Origin: Bacilli bacterium
GTDB taxonomy: Bacteria; Bacillota_I; Bacilli_A; RFN20; CAG-826
Direction: 5' to 3'
DNA: 64,000 bases
Assembly: GCA_045628045.1 (NCBI GenBank)
Contig: JAZQOV010000001.1
Location: 32,001-96,000 of the forward strand
In this document: positions 11,301-19,985 of the stretch, in pieces
Position numbering within the stretch: position 1 is the first letter of the stretch
Layout: the number at the start of each line of letters is the position of its first letter
Program-made: the position numbers and the translations under genes
Notes under the pieces: model-generated
Database searches by the model: none
Seen by the model: the letters and a program-made list of their open reading frames with translations, nothing else
Told to the model about the DNA's origin: nothing

Positions 11301-12645
11301 TTTGAATTTGTGCATAAACAACAACCTCGTCTCCTACAACAATGTCACCTTCATTAAATTTGGTAAACTCTGGGCCGTTCTTTAATCTCCAGCAAATAAA
11401 TCCATCTTCAATCTTAAAGGAGTAGTTACCAAATGAAGCACTAAATGTTTCTTCAAATGATTGAACAATGCCTTTTATAAAGTATGATTCTGTTGTTACG
11501 CCACCAAGTGCTAATTTACTAGAAACTAATACAGCATCAGCGCCAGTAAATGGATCAGCTTCTGTTCCAGCGTGCACTGGATTTACAGAAGCAATTACTG
11601 TGACCTCAAATGTTTTTTCTAAACCTTCATACTTTGCTGTTGCAGTAACTTGTCCAGTTGCGCTTGTATCACAGATTACTTGTTGTGCAGCGACTGTTTT
11701 TGTTTGTTCATCACTAAATTTAACGCTAAGTGAAACTAAGCTTGGATCAATTGTAGCGCCTTGTTCAACTTCAGTTGGCGCTGATAAAACACTAAGAATC
11801 TCTGTTGCGGTGGCTTGTCCTGGTTTTTTAACACTTACGACATAACCATTCTTAGATTCTGGTTTTGGGTCTTCGCCTTCCTTCACGTAACTTTGAATTT
11901 GAACATATATAAGAACTTCGTCACCAATTGCTATATCGCCTTCATTAAAATTGGTAAAACTTGCTCCGTTCTTTAATCTCCAGCAAATAAATCCATCTTC
12001 AATCTTAAAGGAGTAGTTACCAAATGAAGCACTAAATGTTTCTTCAAATGATTGAACAACACCCTTGACATAATAATATTCTGTAGTAGAGCCGCCGGCT
12101 TCTAATGAATTTGCAACCTTAACGGCATCGGCGCCACTATATGGATCATCGTATGTTCCTGCATGCTCGGTGTCAATATGAGTTTCGTCCTTAGTAACTG
12201 TAACTGTAATTACTGCTTGTTTATCCAAATAACTTACAGTTACTGAAGCAGTTCCTTTTGCAACTGCTGTGACGACGCCTGCCTGCACTGATGCAATTTC
12301 TGGGTGATCTGAGACATAGGTAACACCCTCTGTTACAGCAGAACCATCATACTTTGCAACAATGGTATGATTTTCCCCTTCTTTTAATGTGATGGCTGTA
12401 CAATCAAGTGTGAATGTGTGAGTGGTTGTATCGCCACCATCGTCGTCATCATCTTTGTGATCATCATCGTCATCTTTGTGTTGATCATCTGGCTTACTAT
12501 CATCTTTTCCATACGGAAGGATGTTAGCGATAGGATCAACAATTTTGTGCCCAATCTCTTTGATTTTGTCAGCAATGCTGCGCATGTCACAGCCTGTTAA
12601 CAACAATCCGACGAATGGGAGAAAGACTAAAGTTCTTTTTTTCAT
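8371..12645 (-). CDS. Large surface lipoprotein with multiple bacterial Ig-like domains, two OB-fold-like repeats and beta-sandwich modules
   Basis: Lipobox LLLTG-C. Big_2-like repeats (LVATVAP..A.DK.VTW). Big_3-like repeats (PTKxxYxxGESFxxxGMxIT). Two HAGTxxDP(Y/F)(S/T)GADAV...GDI..GDEV repeats. Thr/Ser/Val-rich. Confidence 0.85.
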   Translation of the reverse strand: MKKRTLVFLPFVGLLLTGCDMRSIADKIKEIGHKIVDPIANILPYGKDDSKPDDQHKDDDDDHKDDDDDGGDTTTHTFTLDCTAITLKEGENHTIVAKYDGSAVTEGVTYVSDHPEIASVQAGVVTAVAKGTASVTVSYLDKQAVITVTVTKDETHIDTEHAGTYDDPYSGADAVKVANSLEAGGSTTEYYYVKGVVQSFEETFSASFGNYSFKIEDGFICWRLKNGASFTNFNEGDIAIGDEVLIYVQIQSYVKEGEDPKPESKNGYVVSVKKPGQATATEILSVLSAPTEVEQGATIDPSLVSLSVKFSDEQTKTVAAQQVICDTSATGQVTATAKYEGLEKTFEVTVIASVNPVHAGTEADPFTGADAVLVSSKLALGGVTTESYFIKGIVQSFEETFSASFGNYSFKIEDGFICWRLKNGPEFTKFNEGDIVVGDEVVVYAQIQKYSNGKPETSGGYVVSVSKPAPKTITAVTSVVSQGLPTTVEQNSTIKASDISLNVSYDDGSTGTVKATRVECDTSVIKTGVTATAYYEVEGQVIGSATFTIEVVAKVAHSSISYTFINDKTSAQNVGTWTSEQFMGCVVSDGGAIITGMSSPTNAYIGGNGGSGDTQWNIWNCLKVGKSQAKGSISLTLDPTATFSKIKMDVIGARDDGTLTVNGITKDVTKKAVLGDLEPISIEFEIAENTGSLLLESKDASSNNYGICITKIEFVDGSVSEPVAKLSSLELTTAPTKSSYYVGESFDANGMVITAKYTNGGADKVLQSSDYSIDKTTLALGDEYVVVSYTEDDVTKTVQVPITVTKAPVPVTGITLNQSTLSMHVLDADVQLVATVAPADADDKTVTWTVSEQGIVTVSNGLVHALAAGEVTVTATAGDFSATCVVTVAAAEKVISGIAVATQPSKTTYVEGESFNPSGMTITVSYSSPHEPETISSGFTYSTDPLTTSTNSIVITYNGFTANVSVTVTPAPVLDSISVANAEGKTNAYSVGAVISKDDLVVTAHYTQGKQDAVVTDYTISKTTALAVTDTSVTISYTEGGIEKTATYSFTVTKPTEPQIDVSNVDLYSIDAASLGLDSYADGTNTDLAWTMLCKGNSDTLQGNSSKSSELHNKIAFSKNITYIKFNVGYAAGAAATGSVRFGSSVTPTGNDTSYGANTDLSLITVGSFNVSAPAGCNYFSVVWTKGASYFSSIEVHFNEMGSAEQVPVQSVSLNKTSTSINVGSNETLVATVAPSNANDKSVTWSSSNSSVATVDSTGKVTGIAQGTATITVKTTDGEKTATCSVTVVPKGTTTSSPIDLGGSATVVFNGTSYSNSIKAGTGSAAGSTTISVPSGAKNLTFYAAGWNKESVTISVSGGGISKSFSLTSDAGVAGTGPTYTLGSTNEASFKFEIDVSSLSGATTLTISATSGNRFVLWNASYTK
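11375..12059. repeat. Exact 94-bp intragenic direct repeat (11375-11468 and 11966-12059)
   Basis: Both copies read CCGTTCTTTAATCTCC...ATGATTGAACAA, 591 bp apart; they encode VQSFEETFSASFGNYSFKIEDGFICWRLKNG. Confidence 0.9.
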
Positions 12646-12679
12646 AGTTTTTCCTCTCTTTCTTATTTATGAAAATATG

Positions 12680-12760
12680 AAAAAACCCGGTCTAAATAGC
12701 TATGCACTTAGTGCACAGTTATTCACGACCCGGGAAAATTCGTAAATCATAAATGCACTT
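12680..12760 (-). promoter_or_regulatory. Candidate transcription attenuator (terminator plus overlapping antiterminator) in the 5' leader of the giant lipoprotein gene
   Basis: Long hairpin 12686-12734 followed by U6 lies between a TATAAT box (12763-12768) and the SD; an upstream segment can pair with the hairpin's 5' arm. Confidence 0.6.
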
Positions 12761-12882
12761 ATATTATAATATAAATTTCTTTTATTGAAAAGTATGATAA
12801 TAGAAATTTTAAAACAATTTAAAAAGTTTAGATTCCATGGGCATTTGTAAAATGACTTCAGTTAATTTATACTAAAAGCGCT

Positions 12883-13761
12883 ATGAAGGGTATTGCTAAA
12901 AACATATTCGAAAATCCAATTCGTTTTGTGGTGAAAAAGATTTCGCCAGTTTTTTACGTTAAATGGCAATACAAACACATCACCCATCACAAGCTTAACC
13001 TTGAAAATCCAGTAAGGTATACTGAAAAACTTCAATACTTAAGATTATTTATTTATCCAAGCGATAAATTAGTGAATAAATGTGCATCAAGAGATGGCGC
13101 GAGAGAATATTTAAAAGAATTAGGCTTACTTGAATACTTGATTCCTGTTTATGGAATTTATGATTCTTTTGATGAAATAAATTTTGATACTTTACCAGAT
13201 AGTTTTGTCATGAAATGCACTCATGCATGTGGTTTTAATAAGATAATAACTAATAAAGCCGAGATGAATAAAAAAGCTCTCAAAAAACAATTCAATAAAT
13301 GGCTTAAAACTAATTATGGGGAGAAGACTATGGAGATGCATTATTCTCCAATCAAGCCTCGAATCATTATTGAAAAATATCTTGGAGAAATAGATTTACT
13401 TCCTATCGAATATAAGATCCACGTGTTCAATGGAAAAGCTCGTTCAATGTATGTTGTAACAGGCCGTGGAAAAGACATTCGTTACAATAATTATTACATT
13501 GACTGGACACCATTTGATGGTTCTCAATTTAATGGTTGGAAGAAAACTGATTACGAATTGAAAAAACCAGAAAATTGGGGAAAAATGGTGGAAATCGCGG
13601 AGATTTTAGGAAAAAAATTCCCGTTTGTTAGAGTTGATTTGTACAACATAAACGGGAAAATCTATTTCTCTGAATTAACGTTCACACCTGCAAAAGGAAC
13701 GCTCATTCTCGACGATGATAAATGCGATTTTGAAATGGGCGAATGGCTTAAAATTAATTAA
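12883..13761 (+). CDS. TupA-like ATP-grasp protein (polysaccharide amide-ligase family)
   Basis: LNL.NP..(Y)TEKLQYL, LPDSFVMK.TH, PRIIIEKYL, EYKIHVFNG and FPFVRVDLY...IYFSELTFTP motifs. Confidence 0.9.
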   Translation: MKGIAKNIFENPIRFVVKKISPVFYVKWQYKHITHHKLNLENPVRYTEKLQYLRLFIYPSDKLVNKCASRDGAREYLKELGLLEYLIPVYGIYDSFDEINFDTLPDSFVMKCTHACGFNKIITNKAEMNKKALKKQFNKWLKTNYGEKTMEMHYSPIKPRIIIEKYLGEIDLLPIEYKIHVFNGKARSMYVVTGRGKDIRYNNYYIDWTPFDGSQFNGWKKTDYELKKPENWGKMVEIAEILGKKFPFVRVDLYNINGKIYFSELTFTPAKGTLILDDDKCDFEMGEWLKIN

Positions 13762-14612
13762 CGCCAGGTTGACTCACCAATAAAGATTTCATAGAGCATC
13801 AACGCCATGTGGTGCTCTTTTTCTTTATTATTAAAATCATCTGATAAGTCAGGAAGTTCATCATGTAGTTTCCATTCAAATGACATAGCTTCTGCGCCAT
13901 TAAGTTGAAGCTCAAAATCGTTATCAAAATAAGGCATGAATGAAACAAAGGAAGTGATTCCGTTGTTATCAACTGCCATTGGAATATCTTCTAATCTAAA
14001 TTCAACTTTTGTGTATAAATCTTGTTCAGTAGTTTTTCTATAAAATGACCAAGTGACATCAATACGAATTGAGGTTCTGTTAATTGATGGATTTTCGTCT
14101 TTCTCTTCATTTGTATATGTAGTTCCACCTCTAGCAGAAAACCCTAAATACTGGCAATTTACCAGGTATTTTGGGAATTTCATGGCAAATCCAGTGGAAT
14201 TTACTTGAACTCTTGATAATTGATAAAGGCCATCACACCAGATACGACCATCAAATAATTTTGAGGTCATTCCGTATCTAAATTCTTTATTCGAATCTGA
14301 TTTTGAAAGGTTGTTGTTGTAACCAAATTCTTGAGAATGATCAAAGTCATTTCTCCACACATATTTTTCAGGGTTAAAATCGTATCCATTGTGTTTTAAA
14401 TCAACGACGCCCTTGTCAATTGTGCTCTTTAATGATTCATAACTTCCAAGAACAGTGTTGGTTTTAAGTTCGTCAATGCCATCCCATTTCGTGTAGTAGT
14501 TAGCATCAAAGTTTGGGTTGTTGTATTCATCACGTCTATAAAGTTCTTGAGTTTTTGTACAACCCGCTAAAGTAAGGCCAAGAATAGCAGCAAATAAGAT
14601 TTTATTTTTCAT
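13758..14612 (-). CDS. Hypothetical lipoprotein
   Basis: Start reassigned to ATG 14612 (AGGAG SD); lipobox LTLAG-C; overlaps the 3' end of the upstream membrane gene. Confidence 0.75.
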   Translation of the reverse strand: MKNKILFAAILGLTLAGCTKTQELYRRDEYNNPNFDANYYTKWDGIDELKTNTVLGSYESLKSTIDKGVVDLKHNGYDFNPEKYVWRNDFDHSQEFGYNNNLSKSDSNKEFRYGMTSKLFDGRIWCDGLYQLSRVQVNSTGFAMKFPKYLVNCQYLGFSARGGTTYTNEEKDENPSINRTSIRIDVTWSFYRKTTEQDLYTKVEFRLEDIPMAVDNNGITSFVSFMPYFDNDFELQLNGAEAMSFEWKLHDELPDLSDDFNNKEKEHHMALMLYEIFIGESTWR

Positions 14613-15945
14613 GTTTCTTCTCCTTACTTTCTTCAGCATAAAACATAAAACCAAAGAAGAACAAAATAACGAATACTAGCGGGTTTCTTAAGAAAGTTAA
14701 TGTAAACTCGTCATGAATGTACGGGAAAATTTCATTCGATAATGAGCTATATATAAAGAATGAAAGTAGTAAGGTCAAAACAATAACTTTAATGTTATCA
14801 GAATCGTTTTTCTTTCTCATGTATCTGAAGAGGAAATAAAACATCTCTAAACCAAATGCTAAGAAAATGAACGCTCCAATAACTCCAATTTCTTTTAAGA
14901 GTTCTACTTCAAAGATTCCTGTGTTAATAAATATTGTGCTTTGATTGATTTCATAAGGAATAATTCCTAATAAGTTTTCGCCTTTGTTTCCTAACACAAG
15001 TTCCATAACTGGTGTCACGTTTTTCATGATTCCGTTTGTCACAAAAAGCTTATTTAAAAAGCCAGGAAATTTATAACCGATTGCAACATTAACAAGAGAA
15101 AGGATGAAAAATAAAACAACGATTGAAACTAGAGAAATTACAGAAATCCCCGTAATTTTCCAGGTTTTTTCACTATTTTTGCCGAACTTATAAATCACTG
15201 CACCAATTGATGAAACAAGTAAAATTATAATTGCTTTAATGTTTGGAAGAGCGATTAAGGCAAACAAACCAATTGCACCAATAAGTAATGTTAAAAGAAA
15301 TTCATTTCTATTCTTCTTGTGTGACACAAAAAGAAGGCCTGGCAAGAAAGAAGCAGCGAGCAAAGCATAAAGCGATCCATGGCCAATTGATGTCTCTGTA
15401 AACTTGAATCCATTAAGCCAAAACATTTCTTTTGTGACATCGCTAACTTCACCGTTGTAGAAATAAAATGGAGTGTCCTTAAACTTTAAGGAATAAAAGA
15501 ATCCATAACTTGCTAAGGTTGAAATTAAACAAATTAATGTAAGCAAAGCAAACACACCACCAATTATTAATATAATTGTAGACATCTTAAAATCAGCAAA
15601 TTTTCTTAAGCAAACGCCAATTATAAACGCTGAAGGAAGTGCAAGAAATAAAACTATATTAGAGAAACTTGAAAATATTTTTGAGAATTCATTAAAGGAT
15701 GCAATTCCCGAAATGCACATCAAAATAAATACAGGTGGAATAAGATATAAAAGAGTTTTCTTCTCTTTAGTCATGCCAATTAAGAAAATGACACCACCAA
15801 TAGCAATCAAAACACCAAATAGCATTAAAATTGAGGAAATTGAATTTCCGCTACCGCCAAAATTAAAAGCAAGAAGTGCAACAATTTCTACCATTAAAAA
15901 TGAGATGAGCGATTTGTATTTTGTAAAGAATGAAGTTTTTTTCAT
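14602..15945 (-). CDS. Polytopic membrane protein, O-antigen ligase/polymerase (WaaL/Wzy)-like
   Basis: Many TM segments; late loop NTGIFEVELLKEIGVIG resembles the HN.(Y)L..L.E.G..G signature; located in a glycan locus. Family assignment is inference. Confidence 0.55.
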   Translation of the reverse strand: MKKTSFFTKYKSLISFLMVEIVALLAFNFGGSGNSISSILMLFGVLIAIGGVIFLIGMTKEKKTLLYLIPPVFILMCISGIASFNEFSKIFSSFSNIVLFLALPSAFIIGVCLRKFADFKMSTIILIIGGVFALLTLICLISTLASYGFFYSLKFKDTPFYFYNGEVSDVTKEMFWLNGFKFTETSIGHGSLYALLAASFLPGLLFVSHKKNRNEFLLTLLIGAIGLFALIALPNIKAIIILLVSSIGAVIYKFGKNSEKTWKITGISVISLVSIVVLFFILSLVNVAIGYKFPGFLNKLFVTNGIMKNVTPVMELVLGNKGENLLGIIPYEINQSTIFINTGIFEVELLKEIGVIGAFIFLAFGLEMFYFLFRYMRKKNDSDNIKVIVLTLLLSFFIYSSLSNEIFPYIHDEFTLTFLRNPLVFVILFFFGFMFYAEESKEKKHEK

Positions 15946-15956
15946 AATATTCTCTC

Positions 15957-16433
15957 TTATTTATGATAAGTCTCGTTATTAAGTATTTTAAACGATCTGT
16001 AAATTTGTTCTAGAAGAATCAATCTAGTCATTTGATGCAAAAATGTCATTTTTGACAATGATATTGAGGAATTACATCGTTTTTTAAGGTCATCTGAAAG
16101 ACCATAGCTTCCACCAATAACAAATGAAATTGAGGAGCCTCCTTCGACCATTTTTTGTTCAATGTATTTTGCAAATTCTTCTGAAATAAATTCTTTCTTG
16201 TTCATATCAAGGCCAATAAGATAATCATTTTTAACAAGTTTCAAAACTCGTTCGCCTTCTTCATCTTTTGCCTTCTTGATATCTGCATCATTAGGATTAT
16301 CTTTTACCTTAGAATCCGCGACCTCAATAATTTCAATATTTGAGTACGGAGAAATGCGTTTAATATATTCATTAATTCCGTCTTTTAAATATTGTTCTTT
16401 TATTTTTCCTATCGCGTAAATTTTAATTTTCAT
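15957..16433 (-). CDS. rlmH: 23S rRNA m3Psi1915 methyltransferase RlmH
   Basis: GKIKE.YL..GI.EY.KR, FVIGGSYGL and SLSKMTF.HQ..RLILLEQIYR...YHK motifs. Confidence 0.97.
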   Translation of the reverse strand: MKIKIYAIGKIKEQYLKDGINEYIKRISPYSNIEIIEVADSKVKDNPNDADIKKAKDEEGERVLKLVKNDYLIGLDMNKKEFISEEFAKYIEQKMVEGGSSISFVIGGSYGLSDDLKKRCNSSISLSKMTFLHQMTRLILLEQIYRSFKILNNETYHK

Positions 16434-16489
16434 ACGATAATTCTTGTCCCAATTTATTGCTATCTCAATTATACCAAACGTACGTGAAT

Positions 16490-16516
16490 AAAAAAAGAGG
16501 CCGCCAAGCGACCTCT
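16490..16516 (-). terminator. Intrinsic terminator of hppA
   Basis: Minus strand AGAGGUCGC-UUG-GCGGCCUCU followed by U-tract. Confidence 0.75.
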
Positions 16517-16531
16517 ATTTATAAATCTATA

Positions 16532-18691
16532 TTACTTTACAAGTAATGACCAAACAGAGAAGTTCTGTAAGACTGGTGCAATAATAAGAGCAATAACAGA
16601 CATTAACTTAATAAGAATATCCATTGTTGGTCCTGCTGTATCCTTTAAAGGATCTCCGACTGTATCGCCAGTAATTGCAGCGAAATCTGTTTCAGTACCT
16701 TTTAAACCGTTTGATTCAATGTACTTCTTAGCGTTATCCCAAGCGCCGCCAGAGTTAGCCATAAAAATAGCAAGCATTCCTGATGAAGCAAGACCGCCAA
16801 TTAACATTGCTCCAAGGCCAGCTGTTCCAAGTAAAATTCCTACAACAATAGGTGATAATACTGCGACAACACCTGGAACAATCATCTCTTTAAGAGATGC
16901 TCTTGTTGCAATATCAATACAACGATTATAATCTGGTCTAACTTTACCAGTTAAAATTCCTGGTTCTTCTCTGAATTGTTTACGGATTTCAAGAACCATC
17001 TTATTTGCGGCTTTACCAACTGAGTTGATAACAAGTGATGAGAATAAGAATGGAATCATAACGCCGATGAGAATACCAATAATAAATGGTGTAACATCAA
17101 CATTCATAAAAGTTGCGCTTGCATTTGCGGTAATATTTTCGATTAATCCTGATGCTTGTCCATAGGACAAAATAAGTGCAAGAGCTGTAAATGTGGCAGA
17201 CCCTGTACAGAATCCTTTTCCGACAGCTGCTGTTGTATTTCCGACAGCATCAAGGTGGTCAGTAATTTTACGGACTTCTGGTTTTAGACCAGACATTTGT
17301 GCTAAGCCACCTGCGTTATCTGAAATTGGTCCATAAGCATCAACTGAGATTGTGATACCAGCAGTTGAAAGCATGCCGACTGCAGCAAGTGAAATACCAT
17401 AAATTCCAAATGTAAAGTAAGCAACAATAATACCAATTGCTAAAGCAATAGTGGTTGCTGCTGTTGATTTCATACCAAGGGCCAAACCAGAAATAATATT
17501 TGTTGCGTGTCCTGTTTCAGATTCCTTAGCAATACGTTTAACTGATTTATATTCATCTGATGTATAGATTTCAGCAATCTTGCCAACGGCAACACCACAA
17601 AGTAATCCAATTGCGACTGCTGCGATAGCCCATGGTGACTTATGATGATCAATTTCCATGAATGAGCCATCTTCGTTTCTTAAATAGAAAATTGAAAGGA
17701 AAATAGATGCAACTACAACAATGCCTACGGCAATATAAGTTGCAATATCAAGTGTTTTTTGTGGGTCTTTCCATTCACGTGAACGGATGATAATAACCGA
17801 TATAACTGATGCGATAATTCCGATTGTTGCTATAGCAAGTGGGAAAATTGCTAATTTAAGATCTGTAACATTTTGAATGAAAACTGTTCCTAAAGTGATT
17901 GCGGAAACAATAGCTCCAACATAAGATTCACAAAGGTCTGATGACATACCAGCGATATCTCCAACGTTGTCACCAACGTTATCAGCAATTGTTGCTGGGT
18001 TTCTAGCATCATCTTCTGCTAAATCTGCTTCAATTTTGCCAACAATATCTGCACCAACGTCAGCACACTTGGTATAAATACCACCGCCAACACGGCCAAA
18101 TAAAGCAACCATCGAACAGCCTAAGCCGTAACCTGTAATAATTTTTGAAGCTGCAATAAGTGCTGCAACTGGTTCGAGACCTGTTGATTTAAATATTCCA
18201 TAAGCAGCAAAGAATAACCCGCTTAAACCAACTAAGCCAAATCCAACAACGCAAAGCCCTAAGACAGCGCCGCCAGAGAAGGCCACATGAAGAGCTCTTC
18301 CTAAACCTTTTTCGTTTGCGCCGTCAGCTGTTCTAGAATTTGAGTGGGTTGCAGAAAGCATTCCTACCAAACCTGCTAAAGCAGAAAATGTTGCACCGAT
18401 CAAGAAACAGATAGCACTTTGCCATCCAACGCCTTCGGCGTCTTTAATACCTGGAACAAAGCCAAGTATTGCAAAAATGGCTGCAAAAATGAGAATAAAT
18501 GGAATAATAACTTTGAATTCACGTTTCAAAAACGTGATTGCACCATTACGAATAAAACTTGCATTTTCAGCAATTTCCTTATTTTTAACTTTAATATTTC
18601 TAACTCTACGATAAATTAAAAAGACATAGCCTAAAGTTAAAAGAGGAATTGCAATGGCGCAAATTAACATGATAATATTTGCTCTTTCCAT
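16532..18691 (-). CDS. hppA: Membrane-bound K+-dependent, probably Na+-translocating pyrophosphatase
   Basis: GGIYTK.ADVGAD, IADNVGDNVGD, DAYGPISDNAGG and GDTVGDPLKDTAGP motifs. GNTTAA indicates K+ dependence; DL.ESY carries the Na+-type Glu. Confidence 0.95.
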   Translation of the reverse strand: MERANIIMLICAIAIPLLTLGYVFLIYRRVRNIKVKNKEIAENASFIRNGAITFLKREFKVIIPFILIFAAIFAILGFVPGIKDAEGVGWQSAICFLIGATFSALAGLVGMLSATHSNSRTADGANEKGLGRALHVAFSGGAVLGLCVVGFGLVGLSGLFFAAYGIFKSTGLEPVAALIAASKIITGYGLGCSMVALFGRVGGGIYTKCADVGADIVGKIEADLAEDDARNPATIADNVGDNVGDIAGMSSDLCESYVGAIVSAITLGTVFIQNVTDLKLAIFPLAIATIGIIASVISVIIIRSREWKDPQKTLDIATYIAVGIVVVASIFLSIFYLRNEDGSFMEIDHHKSPWAIAAVAIGLLCGVAVGKIAEIYTSDEYKSVKRIAKESETGHATNIISGLALGMKSTAATTIALAIGIIVAYFTFGIYGISLAAVGMLSTAGITISVDAYGPISDNAGGLAQMSGLKPEVRKITDHLDAVGNTTAAVGKGFCTGSATFTALALILSYGQASGLIENITANASATFMNVDVTPFIIGILIGVMIPFLFSSLVINSVGKAANKMVLEIRKQFREEPGILTGKVRPDYNRCIDIATRASLKEMIVPGVVAVLSPIVVGILLGTAGLGAMLIGGLASSGMLAIFMANSGGAWDNAKKYIESNGLKGTETDFAAITGDTVGDPLKDTAGPTMDILIKLMSVIALIIAPVLQNFSVWSLLVK

Positions 18692-18770
18692 ATATTACCT
18701 CCCTTAAAAGACTTGATAATAATACAAAAAAGCCCTTACATTCGCAAGGACTTTTAATTTAATTAAAGAT

Positions 18771-19916
18771 TTATTCAGCTTCTCCGATGTATGGATTATT
18801 TATATTCATGAACTCAATTGTAACTATATAATCGTCTAAACTTGCAGCTCTATAACCTAGGGTTGTGCCAGGTAAATAATAAATTGGTTCATTATAAAGA
18901 AATCCATAAATTTCATAGCCGTTATCTATAAGATATTGGTTATATTCATTTGCAAGTTCACTAGTGTCTTTTTGGGAAACATGAACTATAACAATTGCAG
19001 GTTCCCAATCATACTCAACCTCAAATCCAGAATTTGCACCTTGATAAGGCAAAATTGCTCCGGTCGCTTCAAGTTCGTTAAGAACTTCGTTAATTTGATC
19101 AACAGGCCAATCTTTGACAGGAATAATGTAAGAAAATATATCTACATTAAACTCATCTCTATCAGCATCAAGGTAAAAATCTATTCTTATTTCTTGATTT
19201 GGAGAAATAGCGCCAAAGGTGTCTCCGTTCTTCTCAAAAACAACCCAAGAATTCTCTTCTAGAACAGTTCTATAATCATTAACGACGGTTGAGTCGGGGC
19301 CATATCCATTGATTGCAACTGCACCAACCCAATCATAATAAGAGACTTGATAAAAATCAGCTTCAAACTCTGGAATTTTTGTTGTTGAATTTTCAATTAA
19401 ATTTGAAACGGCTTCTTCAATCAAATTTGTTGGCCAATCCACAAGTGCACCAAAGGTGATATAAATAACAAGCTCTCTATTTTCTGGTTCGTAAACGTAT
19501 TCAACCATCATAGAATAATCAGGGGAAAACGCAACACAAAAATCCCCCATTTTTTCTTTCAAAATCCAGTGATTTTCTTCAAGTATTTCGGAATAAAGCA
19601 TTTCGCATTCTTCAAATTCTGTTTGAATATAAATTCCAAAATAACCTTCGAGAAGTGCGGTGCTATCATCATATTCGATTCCAATGCATTTGTCATAGGC
19701 CGGAACAGAATATGTTGTGTCAATTCCAAGCCCTTCTTTGACTAAATCATCAACTTTCTTATTGTCCCACTTTTCATATAGTGGAGGTTCTGGTTGATCA
19801 TTACTATTTTGGTGTTCACTATAAGTGTCTGTATTTTTACCAGTAATTCCGCCTAAAAAATCACACCCTGTAAGAAATGGGATTAAAAATAAACTTAAAA
19901 ATTTAAACTTTTTCAT
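18771..19916 (-). CDS. Acidic lipoprotein with three internal ~100-aa repeats
   Basis: Lipobox FLTG-C; repeated W(P)...(I/V)P.(Y/F)...Y...L.EN.W pattern. Confidence 0.75.
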   Translation of the reverse strand: MKKFKFLSLFLIPFLTGCDFLGGITGKNTDTYSEHQNSNDQPEPPLYEKWDNKKVDDLVKEGLGIDTTYSVPAYDKCIGIEYDDSTALLEGYFGIYIQTEFEECEMLYSEILEENHWILKEKMGDFCVAFSPDYSMMVEYVYEPENRELVIYITFGALVDWPTNLIEEAVSNLIENSTTKIPEFEADFYQVSYYDWVGAVAINGYGPDSTVVNDYRTVLEENSWVVFEKNGDTFGAISPNQEIRIDFYLDADRDEFNVDIFSYIIPVKDWPVDQINEVLNELEATGAILPYQGANSGFEVEYDWEPAIVIVHVSQKDTSELANEYNQYLIDNGYEIYGFLYNEPIYYLPGTTLGYRAASLDDYIVTIEFMNINNPYIGEAE

Positions 19917-19985
19917 GCCTTCATTTTAAAACAAAATATACGAAAATAAAATAAAAAATCCTCAAATGAGGATAATTTATCCATT

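Noticed and set aside
12661-15975. SCCmec-like island at the rlmH 3' end (GAGACTTATCATAAATAA) with a 12-bp echo TCTTATTTATGA at 12661
   Set aside because: No recombinase in the window; the match is short and AT-rich, and the att-like sequence is simply the conserved YHK* coding end of rlmH.
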